Source of the DNA: an uncultured bacterium
Lineage (GTDB): Bacteria > SAR324 > NAC60-12
NCBI GenBank assembly: GCA_965662235.1
Contig: CBFIGY010000016.1
Location: 8,782 to 72,781, forward strand
DNA: 64,000 bases
Direction of reading: 5' to 3'
Shown here: piece after piece, positions 28,469 through 39,154 of the stretch
Position numbering within the stretch: the first letter of the stretch is position 1
Layout of the letters: the number at the start of each line of letters is the position of its first letter
Translations under genes and position numbers: made by a program
Notes under the pieces: model-generated
The model's input: the letters and a program-made list of their open reading frames with translations, nothing else
What the model was told of the DNA's origin: nothing
Database searches by the model: none

Positions 28469-28522
28469 GGAATCTCCTTATTGAGTTCAGGGTTCAGAGC
28501 CGCAAGGTGCGGAATTCGAAAA

Positions 28523-29314
28523 TCAGCGTTGTTCTTCATCCAGACGGAGTGTCCCTGGCATGGAGTTCAGAGACTTGGGTTGCAGGTCCTCTCTTAGCGG
28601 CAGAGGCTGCAGCGCGTCAAAGCGTTTGCTGGAGCGATTGCTCACTCCCAGGATGCTGTTGGCTGGGAGCCACTCGCCATTGATCTGAATCAGCGGGTTG
28701 GTATCGTCCAGCTTGATCATGGAAACCTGTCCGGACTTGGACATCTTCACATTGATGCCCTCACCGCTGTCGGTCCGGGCGACAATGTCGAAGCGGTAGT
28801 TGCCGTCAGGCATGGGATCGCCTTCGGCATCAAGGCCATCCCAGGTGAACTGATGGGAGCCCTGAGCGCGGGCCTCTAGGTTCACCCGACGGACCAGTTC
28901 TCCGTTGCCATCCATGACGTGAACCACAACCTGATCAGCGTCTCCTTCAAGGTTGTAGGAGAGCGGCGTCGCCTGACCATTTTGCAGCGCAAGGGAGCGG
29001 GTGCCGATCTCGACATCCTGTCCCACTAGGCTGCTGGCGCCGGCCCAGGCGCTCTGGCGCTGGAGCTTCATCAGGTCACCGACTTGGGCATTCAGGTTCT
29101 GCAACTGTTCCACTGTCGACAGGGAGGACATCTGCTGCATCATGTTTTCAGTGTCCATCGGATTCATCGGATCCTGATGAGACATCTGGGTCATGAGCAG
29201 GTTCAGGAAGTCCTGTTTGCCCAGCTGCTTGCCATCGCCACTGCTACTGGAAGCCGCCGCCCGTTGGGAGGTTGCTGCCTGCTGAATGGCTTGATCGACG
29301 TTGCTTACGTTCAT
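28523..29314 (-). CDS. flgD: Flagellar hook-capping protein FlgD
   Basis: LGKQDFLNLLMTQMSHQDPMNPMD, FTWDG..G..DGNY. Confidence 0.95.
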   Translation of the reverse strand: MNVSNVDQAIQQAATSQRAAASSSSGDGKQLGKQDFLNLLMTQMSHQDPMNPMDTENMMQQMSSLSTVEQLQNLNAQVGDLMKLQRQSAWAGASSLVGQDVEIGTRSLALQNGQATPLSYNLEGDADQVVVHVMDGNGELVRRVNLEARAQGSHQFTWDGLDAEGDPMPDGNYRFDIVARTDSGEGINVKMSKSGQVSMIKLDDTNPLIQINGEWLPANSILGVSNRSSKRFDALQPLPLREDLQPKSLNSMPGTLRLDEEQR

Positions 29315-29322
29315 GGCGTTAC

Positions 29323-30705
29323 TCAGATGTAGAGGTTGAGTCCGGAGCCCCCTCCGCGCGTTCGCGCGGCAGATGGAGCCGAACTGTTGATCGCCGCACT
29401 TCGCTCAGCGCCTCGGCTCGCCGCGGCCGTCATGCGCTCAAGTTGCTCCTGGCGTTCCTGCTGCTGCTCGAAGCCTCCGGAGTTCTGCTGACCGACGTTT
29501 ACGTTCATGCTCAGGTCGCGGTAGTTCAGGTCCTGCTGCGTCACTCGATTCCGGAGGACGTCAAAGCCCGATTCCAGAATCTGCTTGGCCATGGGGTTGT
29601 CCACCTTCATGTCCAGGAACAGCTCGCCTCCCTGTTGCCGCACCTTCATCACCAGCTTCCCAAGGTGCTCGGGCTCCAGCTGCACGGTCATCTCCTGAGA
29701 GTCCCCGTCTCGCATGGTCCGGATGCGCGTCATCACTTGGTTGAAGTCGAAGGGCAGTTCCAGCACAGGGGTCCGGGTTGGAGCCTGAGGCTGGGTGATC
29801 TGGTCGGCACGTCCCTCCACTGAGTTGGTGCCAAAGGCCTGATGCTGCTGCACCTGCTGAGACCGGACCTCAGTTTCCTGAGAAGCGAGGTCGTCCATTG
29901 CCTGAGATGCAACTCCGGCAAACTGAACGTTCGAGGCGGAACTCAGAGAGGTCTCCAGCCCGGTTGCGGCGACGGAGCTCATCTGTGGCTTCAGGTTGGG
30001 CTTCAGGTCCAGCTGGGCCAATTCGGTGGGATCCGTCTCCTGGAAATCAGCTTCCACGTTTTCGTTGATCAGGTCCTGAATGCGCTGATTCTGCGCCCGG
30101 AACTCGTGGAGGTTGTCCAGGGACTCTCCTTCGGCCTTGCCGCGCTTGAGGGCCATCTGGCGGATGACCGCCGAGACATCTGGCTGCAGTTCAGAGTCCG
30201 CTGTTTCTTCGCTGACGAGGTTGGAAAAGAGCTGCTCCTCGGTTCCCGGAACCGCACGTTCCACTTCTGCCTGCGGATCCACACGAGGATCGGCTCCTTC
30301 GAGCACCACTTCCTGATTGTTCAGGTCTGAAGCCTGCTTCAGGAGTTGCTGGCGCAGAGCATTCAGGTCGGCAGCAGAGAGCTCACCCTTGGGAAGGTCC
30401 TGTGCCAGGGAAGGAGGAAGCTGCCCAAGGATGGCAGCCATCATCTCTTCATTAAGCAGGTCGGGGTCTTCCTGAGCCTGCTCTTCTAGGAGCGCCAGTT
30501 CTTCTGCCGTCAGCTCCGCCAGCATCTCTTCCGTCAGTCCTTCGCCGTCCAGCGGGAGGGCCTGTCCTGTTGCTGCCTCTTCCGGGGTCAACTCGCTTCC
30601 CAGCAAGCTGTCAAATCCATTTCCTGCCCCTTTTTCCGAGGCGCCTTTTGCTGACTTGCTACCGGATTCACTTCCGGGCACAGCGCTGTTTACGAGTCCG
30701 ATCAT
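29323..30705 (-). CDS. fliK: Flagellar hook-length control protein FliK
   Basis: Low-complexity acidic N-terminus; C-terminal QLEPEHLGKL; located upstream of flgD. Confidence 0.85.
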   Translation of the reverse strand: MIGLVNSAVPGSESGSKSAKGASEKGAGNGFDSLLGSELTPEEAATGQALPLDGEGLTEEMLAELTAEELALLEEQAQEDPDLLNEEMMAAILGQLPPSLAQDLPKGELSAADLNALRQQLLKQASDLNNQEVVLEGADPRVDPQAEVERAVPGTEEQLFSNLVSEETADSELQPDVSAVIRQMALKRGKAEGESLDNLHEFRAQNQRIQDLINENVEADFQETDPTELAQLDLKPNLKPQMSSVAATGLETSLSSASNVQFAGVASQAMDDLASQETEVRSQQVQQHQAFGTNSVEGRADQITQPQAPTRTPVLELPFDFNQVMTRIRTMRDGDSQEMTVQLEPEHLGKLVMKVRQQGGELFLDMKVDNPMAKQILESGFDVLRNRVTQQDLNYRDLSMNVNVGQQNSGGFEQQQERQEQLERMTAAASRGAERSAAINSSAPSAARTRGGGSGLNLYI

Positions 30706-30709
30706 GTTC

Positions 30710-31378
30710 TTATTTCTTGCTGGCGATTTCGGCAATCAACTCGGCGGATTGAGCAGCTCCCATGCTCGCCAGCACTTCGGAGGCCTGCTTGTCTTTCATC
30801 CGCATCAGGATGTTCACAGCAACTTTGCGGTCCAGGTTGGAAATTGACTGGGCAGCGGTGGCCGCGTCCATCTTGGAGTAGAAGGCGACGGCCTTGTCCA
30901 GCATTTCATTGTCCTGAGCCTTTTTGGCTTCAATGCCTTGTTCGATCTCCTGCTGCAGCGACTCCAGCTGCGTGATCTGACGCTGAATGTCTTCCTGCAG
31001 GGACTTCAGTTGCGTCTCCCGACGATCCAAGTCGGATTCCCGGATGCGCAACCGATCCTGCTGGTCAGCCAGCCGCGTCAGAATCTCCTTCTCGGTGGCC
31101 GTGAACTCACGGGGCTTCTGGTCCCCATTCCCGGCTTCTGGAGGAGGAGAGGCGCAGAAGTTGAGGCCGTATTCGCGGCACAGGTCTCCTACCGCCTGCG
31201 TTGCTTCATCCACGCTGGTCGGTATGCTATAAGCGGGCCTTGGCTGAAAAAGAAACAGAGTCGTCAAGGCTAAAAAGCTGATTAAAAAAGAGATTTTCAC
31301 ACGCAAATCGGGAATGAGGTCAAATCCACCGGGTTGAGCCCCCGGACGTTGAGGAGGAGGTGGCAGCAAAAAACTCAT
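30710..31378 (-). CDS. MotE/YlxF-like flagellar protein (coiled coil + MgtE_N-like)
   Basis: TM/signal segment, coiled coil, YSKMDAATAA..ILMRMKDKQASEVLASM; lies between fliJ and fliK. Confidence 0.75.
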   Translation of the reverse strand: MSFLLPPPPQRPGAQPGGFDLIPDLRVKISFLISFLALTTLFLFQPRPAYSIPTSVDEATQAVGDLCREYGLNFCASPPPEAGNGDQKPREFTATEKEILTRLADQQDRLRIRESDLDRRETQLKSLQEDIQRQITQLESLQQEIEQGIEAKKAQDNEMLDKAVAFYSKMDAATAAQSISNLDRKVAVNILMRMKDKQASEVLASMGAAQSAELIAEIASKK

Positions 31379-31818
31379 GAATCTTCTCGGTATCGACGCA
31401 GGTTCTGGGCAATTTCATCCGCCTCCATGCGCTCACGACGTTCCATCTCGGCACGGTGCTCGCGCTCCTGCTTTTCCTTCAAGATTTCCAGCACCCGCTT
31501 CTTCTGCGAAGCCCGGGTCAGCTCCTGACGCTTCAGCTGCACAACTTGCTGCTGACGCCGGAGGTGCTCATCAGTGACTTCCAAAATGCGTTCCAAGCGA
31601 CTCTGGAACTGTTGGCTCATCTGGAGGTCTGCGATGGTAAAACCCTGCTGCTTGGACTGATTCGTTTTTTCCAGGTTATCGGACAGGGCCTCCTGTACCA
31701 GGTCCTGCTGACGCTGAATGCGTTGCTCAATCTGCAGCTCCTCAGCCAGCGCCTTCTGGTAAAGCTTCTCCAGACGTTCCCGGACCTTGAGAGCGGTTTC
31801 CAGGTTGAATCGAGGCAT
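31375..31818 (-). CDS. fliJ: Flagellar export protein FliJ
   Basis: FNLETALKVR, LEILKEK, E..DE C-terminus; 147-aa coiled coil. Confidence 0.85.
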   Translation of the reverse strand: MPRFNLETALKVRERLEKLYQKALAEELQIEQRIQRQQDLVQEALSDNLEKTNQSKQQGFTIADLQMSQQFQSRLERILEVTDEHLRRQQQVVQLKRQELTRASQKKRVLEILKEKQEREHRAEMERRERMEADEIAQNLRRYREDS

Positions 31819-31954
31819 GGGGGCAGACGCCGCAGCGAGGGTTGAAGGTGACGCCTCTGGTGGCAGAGGCGGGCACAGGACAAATTCTCAAAAAAAGAGA
31901 TGCAAATACTTTGCTAACTCTCAGACAGAGCCTGCGAAGTTGGCGGAGTTGCCC

Positions 31955-32962
31955 TCAAGTCGCTGTAATTTCCACCTCCAGTCGCTGCCGATAGGGCTGC
32001 TCAGGAGTGACCCAGATGGAAGGAAACGCAGGGTGGTTGAGGCTGTCCGGGAAGTGCTGAGGCTCAAGGCACAGGCCGCCAAAGCGGTCGTGGGACTGAC
32101 CGCTCAGGCCTCCGGTGAACGGCTGCAGGTGCATGGCATTGTACAGCTGCAGGCCGGGTTGATCGGTCCAGAGGCGCAGGGTCACCCCGCTTGGAGCCGT
32201 GAGCACTGCGGCGGGCTTGGTGGTCGCTCGACCCGGAGTGAGCACGAGGTTGATGTCGGTTCCCTGTCGTTGCGGATCCGCGGCTCCCAGCGTCTGCGGC
32301 TGCAGGAAGTCAAAGTGAGTGCCCTGGAGCGAAGCGAGCTCTCCAGTGGGAATCAGGGTCGCATCTGTGGGCGTGTACTGCTCAGCATCCACCTGAAGCT
32401 GGTGAGCCCAGATGTCTCCGGAGCCCATCAGGTTGTAGTAGGTGTGCTGAGCCAGGTTGATGGGCGTGGGGCGGTCTGGACGGGCCTCAAGGTCGTAAAT
32501 CAACCGGCTTCCTTGCAGACGAACTGCCACCCGGAAGTCAACGGCTCCGGGATAGCCTTCCTCCTGATCAGGCGAATGGTAGGTCAGCTCAATGGCTTCT
32601 TGTGCCGAGTCGGCTTCTAGGGTCCAGAACCGTTTGCCGAGCCCCTGGTGTCCTCCGTGGAGGTGGTGGGGCGGTTGATTCACAGGAAGCTGGTAGGAAA
32701 GACCGTTGTGGGTAAACCGTCCCTGTGCGGTCCGGTTGGCCACCCGCCCGGCAATCACACCGAGGCTGGCTGAATCAGTGAAGTAGCGTTGGGCGTCTTC
32801 GTACCCGAGGATGACCGGCTTCTGCTGGTTCTCGTGGGCAATCCGCCAGTCCTGTGTGATGGCTCCGTAGTTGAGCAGAGTGACACAGGCCTCCGGGCTT
32901 TCGAGGGTGACGGTTTCGAGGGCGTGGCCTTCGTGTTGGGCAATGGTTTGAGGGTGGCGCAT
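31955..32962 (-). CDS. galM: Aldose 1-epimerase (galactose mutarotase)
   Basis: GRVANR, HLHGG, EGYPG, NLAQHTYYNL, GLCLEPQHFPDS. Confidence 0.93.
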   Translation of the reverse strand: MRHPQTIAQHEGHALETVTLESPEACVTLLNYGAITQDWRIAHENQQKPVILGYEDAQRYFTDSASLGVIAGRVANRTAQGRFTHNGLSYQLPVNQPPHHLHGGHQGLGKRFWTLEADSAQEAIELTYHSPDQEEGYPGAVDFRVAVRLQGSRLIYDLEARPDRPTPINLAQHTYYNLMGSGDIWAHQLQVDAEQYTPTDATLIPTGELASLQGTHFDFLQPQTLGAADPQRQGTDINLVLTPGRATTKPAAVLTAPSGVTLRLWTDQPGLQLYNAMHLQPFTGGLSGQSHDRFGGLCLEPQHFPDSLNHPAFPSIWVTPEQPYRQRLEVEITAT

Positions 32963-33146
32963 GGTTGGTTCAAGGAGAGCGGTTCAGGGGCACACTTCCC
33001 GGGCTCAGGAAGTTCGAGCGGGTCTGTTCAGCATAACGTTCCTTAGCCCAGAGGATCAATCGGCCGTTGTGCCAGAAGCCCTCTCGACGTGACGCAAGCA
33101 AGGTCGCCCGGTCAGTCGCCATGCTAGGTCGAGAAGGCCCCGGAGC

Positions 33147-35123
33147 TTAGGATTCGTCTTCTGCCAGAACGATGAGGGCATCGGTGCGGCTCAGCCGGAA
33201 GGCATGGTCCTTCCGGGGAATGATGTGGATGCCGAAGAGCCGAGAGGCGTCTCGTTGCTCCCGAGCCAGCTTGATCCCAAAGCACACCTCCTGACGCTGC
33301 TGAGCCGCCAACACACACTCGCCAAACGACACCTCAACCTCGTCCTGGTCGCCAAAGTCGAAGTACAACTGCGCGTGCTTGACGTAGACCTCGCTGCCCT
33401 CTTCTGAGAAAAGGTCCTCATAGACCCGCATCACATCTGCCTCCATGGCAATCTGCGCAAAGATCCGGGAGACAAACTGATTGGAAATGAGGAAGTCCTT
33501 GACGCCCACCTGGACCACCAGCTCGGTGTTTTCCGAGTTGACGATCTCTGTGATCAGCTTGGTGGTGATCTCTTCTCCGGTGGCGCGCTCATGCTCCTGA
33601 AAGAGGTGGCGAATCTGCAGCAGGCGCATGATGGTCTTGGCATCAATTTCTTCTGCCTCCTCTCCACTGCCAGCAAGAATGGAGACCGTGGTGTAGGTGG
33701 GCAGGTTCAGGGACGCAAGCTCATCCTTCGAGTGAAAGTCGATCTCGTTGAGGTTCATCCGGATGCTTGGAAACTGAGCTGAGATGTTCTCAAAGTTCTT
33801 CCGGATGACGGAATTGTTTCCCCGCTCAATGAGCAGATTCACAGAAGAACCCTCGGTCATGTAGGCGGCATACTCCTGGAGAACGATGGGGGCCTTGTTG
33901 TTCCAGCCCACCACCAAGTGATTTTCCGGAGGCAGGGTGTACCGCAGCGAGGAGTAGGCTCGAGGCTCCGGGGCGACTGCTGGCTCTTCTGAGAAGTCGA
34001 TGGTGGAGTCGTCATCAGCGAGGACAACAATGTCGTCATCGTTTTGTAGCACCTGGTCCTGGGGCGGATTGAGGACGATGCGACCGTCTGGACTCCGGAT
34101 GCCGAGGGGAACGCTTTCCATGAAGTGATACTGCAGTCGCCCAAAGCTCAGGCCGCCCCAGCCATTTTCGGGCCGGTAGAAGTAGAACTCATTGCCCTGA
34201 AACCCGACGAGGTCCGAATACACCATCGCGAGCCCTTCGTTCCGGGAGGTCTGCACCAGCATGCGGGCAAGGATTTCCGCCTCGTTGAGGGTGGTGATCT
34301 TTCCTTCAACAATGCTCTGCGCAAGGATGCGGTAGCGGTCGATGTGGACTTCGGCAATCACAGGAGGCACGCCCTCTTCGCCCTTTGCTGAGACCACAGC
34401 CATGATCGTCTTCAGCACCCGAGCATCTGCCGACTCCTTGACCCCATCCTCATCAGAGGACTTGGCGTCGTTGAGAATCACCACGGAGTGCGCAAACTCA
34501 ATCCCGGCGCTCTGCAGGTTTTTCAGGCTTGTGGGAGAACCATTCCGGGTGATCACACGGGTGGTCTTGAACTCGTGGATGCTCTCTCGGATGTAATCAT
34601 CCATGACCTCCTTGTCCCGGTCGGCCAGAATCACCACGACTCCGGAATCAGACTCATTGGCAACAATGAGCTCGCGGATGATCTCAATGACCCGGTCGCT
34701 GAACCCGACGATGAGGACGTGGTCGGACTCCAGTACCAGGCTCTTTCCCTTGCGGAGGATCGACAGGCGCCGCTCAAATTCCTGGGTAATGAAGGCCACC
34801 ATGCTGGAAAACAGCACCAGCCCAACAAAGATCGTGAGGATCGCAACCAGCTTGCCGGCAAAATTGGACCGGGCATCAAGCTCCGCCAGGGCCCCGGAGT
34901 CAATGATCTGAAAAAAGGCGTGCCAGAGCAAAAACCCCTGCTCCTCAATCGTGTCATCCGGAAATAAAAAGAAGGCCCCCAATCGCACTGCTCCCATGAC
35001 CACAAATGCGATGAAGAACAGGAAAAGGAGCGCCAGAAAGACGGACGCGCCGCCCTTGGACATGAAGTTATCCAGCTGGTAACGGAGTCTTTCAGAAAGG
35101 GTGTGTTTTTTGGTGAGAGACAT
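33147..35123 (-). CDS. CASTOR/POLLUX (DMI1)-related ion channel with tandem RCK domains
   Basis: RLRYQLDNFMSKG, TM-pore(IDSG)-TM, LRKGKSLVLESDHVLIVG, GLAMVYSDLVGFQGNEFY, DLFSEEGSEVY. Confidence 0.85.
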   Translation of the reverse strand: MSLTKKHTLSERLRYQLDNFMSKGGASVFLALLFLFFIAFVVMGAVRLGAFFLFPDDTIEEQGFLLWHAFFQIIDSGALAELDARSNFAGKLVAILTIFVGLVLFSSMVAFITQEFERRLSILRKGKSLVLESDHVLIVGFSDRVIEIIRELIVANESDSGVVVILADRDKEVMDDYIRESIHEFKTTRVITRNGSPTSLKNLQSAGIEFAHSVVILNDAKSSDEDGVKESADARVLKTIMAVVSAKGEEGVPPVIAEVHIDRYRILAQSIVEGKITTLNEAEILARMLVQTSRNEGLAMVYSDLVGFQGNEFYFYRPENGWGGLSFGRLQYHFMESVPLGIRSPDGRIVLNPPQDQVLQNDDDIVVLADDDSTIDFSEEPAVAPEPRAYSSLRYTLPPENHLVVGWNNKAPIVLQEYAAYMTEGSSVNLLIERGNNSVIRKNFENISAQFPSIRMNLNEIDFHSKDELASLNLPTYTTVSILAGSGEEAEEIDAKTIMRLLQIRHLFQEHERATGEEITTKLITEIVNSENTELVVQVGVKDFLISNQFVSRIFAQIAMEADVMRVYEDLFSEEGSEVYVKHAQLYFDFGDQDEVEVSFGECVLAAQQRQEVCFGIKLAREQRDASRLFGIHIIPRKDHAFRLSRTDALIVLAEDES

Positions 35124-35623
35124 CAGGTCAATTCAACTTATTAAAATCACTTGAGGCGTTGGATCAGGAGTCCATGCAATGGCAAAGGCTGCTCAGGTCC
35201 GCTGCGGTTTCGCAGGCTTTCCAAAAACAGTTCAGCCACTTAACGGTTCCTGCATGTTCCGGTGAGAGTCAAAGAGCAAAAGTTAAACCATCGATCCCGT
35301 TCGGTTGGCTTTTGTTGCACAACCCAGGCAACTACGCCCTCTTGGAAGGAAACGAAGACTAGAATTATCCGATTGAAGCCGACTTGACAAGCGGGGAAAT
35401 GGGCCGCTCCTCTTTGCTAGAGGAGGAAAGCCAATCCGGGCCCAGCGGCTTTTTTCCGAAAGAGGGGTAGTTTTTTCAAAAATTAAAACTTAATCGGACA
35501 GTTGGGGGAGGAACAAAATGAAGCACTCCCGCTCAGAAACACGAGGCCACCGTGAGGTGCTTCGGTGAGGCAAGAAGGCGCCTGAGGAGGGGGCCGGCGA
35601 ATCCGAAGACCCGCCGGGAGGAG

Positions 35624-36961
35624 TCAGCGGTGTTGCATCTCAAAGAGCTTGCTGCGTACTTCCGAGAGGAGTTCATGAATGGGCAGGTCGGGAAAGTCCT
35701 CCCATCCCATGAGGTTGAGGATGTAACGCTTGAGGCGAGGGCGCTTGAGGTCGCGTCCTTCCCACATGTAATGCACTTCTTCATGCTCCCGAGGGAGCGG
35801 ACGACCGTCAATGTCCCGTCGCAGCAGGAACTTGAGAGCCGAGTCAGGGTACTGCTGAACAAAGCGGGCCATCGATTCAGCGGTGATCGGGCCATTTCCA
35901 AAAACTACATCTGCGTCGTCTTCCACTACCTGCACCAGTCCAAGGTTGTCAATTTCCGGATCCGCCCCATAATCCTCATCCTCAAAGTCGAGCAAGGCGC
36001 TGACGCTTTGCACCACTTCAGGCAGGGGAGCAGGATCCGCGGGCGGCTCCTCGAGGTCTTCCTCCAAAGGTGGAGGGGCCGGAGGCGCTGAAACGGGAGC
36101 CGGCGCTTCCAGGTCTCCGTCAGGCTCCAGAAACAGTCCGGGCACGCCCTCTTCTTCAGCAGAAACCAGCAGAGATGCCGGTTCCTCTGCCGCCGATGCT
36201 AGCAAGGGCTCAGGAGAAAGGCCAGCTTCGGGTGGCCGAGGGGCCGGCAGCGGACGTTCCGGGACGTAGGTGGAGGGACGGATGAAGCGCAGAGGCGCCT
36301 GTGTGGCGTGTCCGGAGGTCCCACCGGAGGCGGGCTCGCGGGTCAACTCGTCAACCGACACTCCACGCTGCTGGGCAATCAGCCCTAACACTCCTTGCAC
36401 AAACTGCCGGCCTTCCAGCCGTTCCTGCACCTGCTTCCGGAGCTTCAGGATGTCCTCGGTTGTGTAATGCTCGTCCGCTTCAGGTTCCGGAGGAGGAGCG
36501 GCCGCGGCGGTTCGGGCCTCTGCTGAAGCGAGGAACTGGTGCCAGTACCCCTCCAGCAGCAGCAGCAGCTCATTCAGCGGATGCTGAGGCTGCAGAGCGC
36601 TCAGGGCCACGCCGCGCTTGAGGCTCACCGGATGGTGCGTGCCACGGGCGGCCAGGTTGAAGGCCCGTTGGATGCGTTGACGGAGGCGGGTCCGCAGCGC
36701 CGGACTGGACTGCCCCTGCAGGTAAGCCAGGAAGTTCTGTCGCTTGGCGGGGCTCAGCCGCGTCCGGAGGACCTCCCCTTCCTGCTCAAAAAAGTTCTGC
36801 AGAACCCACTCCCCGGCGGCCACCTCTTCAGGGGTGGGGGCATCGACCACAAATCCGGAGTGGTGGAGGTGCTCCAGCAACTGAACCAGGAGCGCTTCTT
36901 CGTCCGGAAGGGTGAGGTCCAGCCGCGGAGGAGCCCCCGAGGAAACCGTACTTCGGTGCAT
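35624..36961 (-). CDS. Hypothetical protein (globular ends, acidic Pro-rich linker)
   Basis: 445-aa ORF with genome-typical codon usage; no family recognised; exact start uncertain. Confidence 0.7.
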   Translation of the reverse strand: MHRSTVSSGAPPRLDLTLPDEEALLVQLLEHLHHSGFVVDAPTPEEVAAGEWVLQNFFEQEGEVLRTRLSPAKRQNFLAYLQGQSSPALRTRLRQRIQRAFNLAARGTHHPVSLKRGVALSALQPQHPLNELLLLLEGYWHQFLASAEARTAAAAPPPEPEADEHYTTEDILKLRKQVQERLEGRQFVQGVLGLIAQQRGVSVDELTREPASGGTSGHATQAPLRFIRPSTYVPERPLPAPRPPEAGLSPEPLLASAAEEPASLLVSAEEEGVPGLFLEPDGDLEAPAPVSAPPAPPPLEEDLEEPPADPAPLPEVVQSVSALLDFEDEDYGADPEIDNLGLVQVVEDDADVVFGNGPITAESMARFVQQYPDSALKFLLRRDIDGRPLPREHEEVHYMWEGRDLKRPRLKRYILNLMGWEDFPDLPIHELLSEVRSKLFEMQHR

Positions 36962-37204
36962 CGTTCACCAAAAAGGGAAGTCAAAAACAAACTGGGAGAC
37001 CCCAACTTGCTGAGTTTTGCTCCAAAAAATCTCTGCGATTATGAGAAAATCGCATTGTGGTTGGCAAGGATTTTTTTTAATTTTGTAACCACACAGCCAC
37101 GTACAGGGGTTTTTTAGTCTGCTTTTCTGCTCCGCAACCCGCCTCCTGCCCAACGACTCGGCTCAAACGCACTCAATGCCACTTCCAATCAGAAAGAATC
37201 CCGA

Positions 37205-39133
<1,929 letters not shown>

Positions 39134-39154
39134 ACTCTTTCAATCAAAGTGCTT

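Noticed and set aside
35420..35440. GAGGAAAG resembling the RNase P RNA 5' motif
   Set aside because: It is not followed by TCC, and there is no matching 3' P4 strand or room for the RNA.
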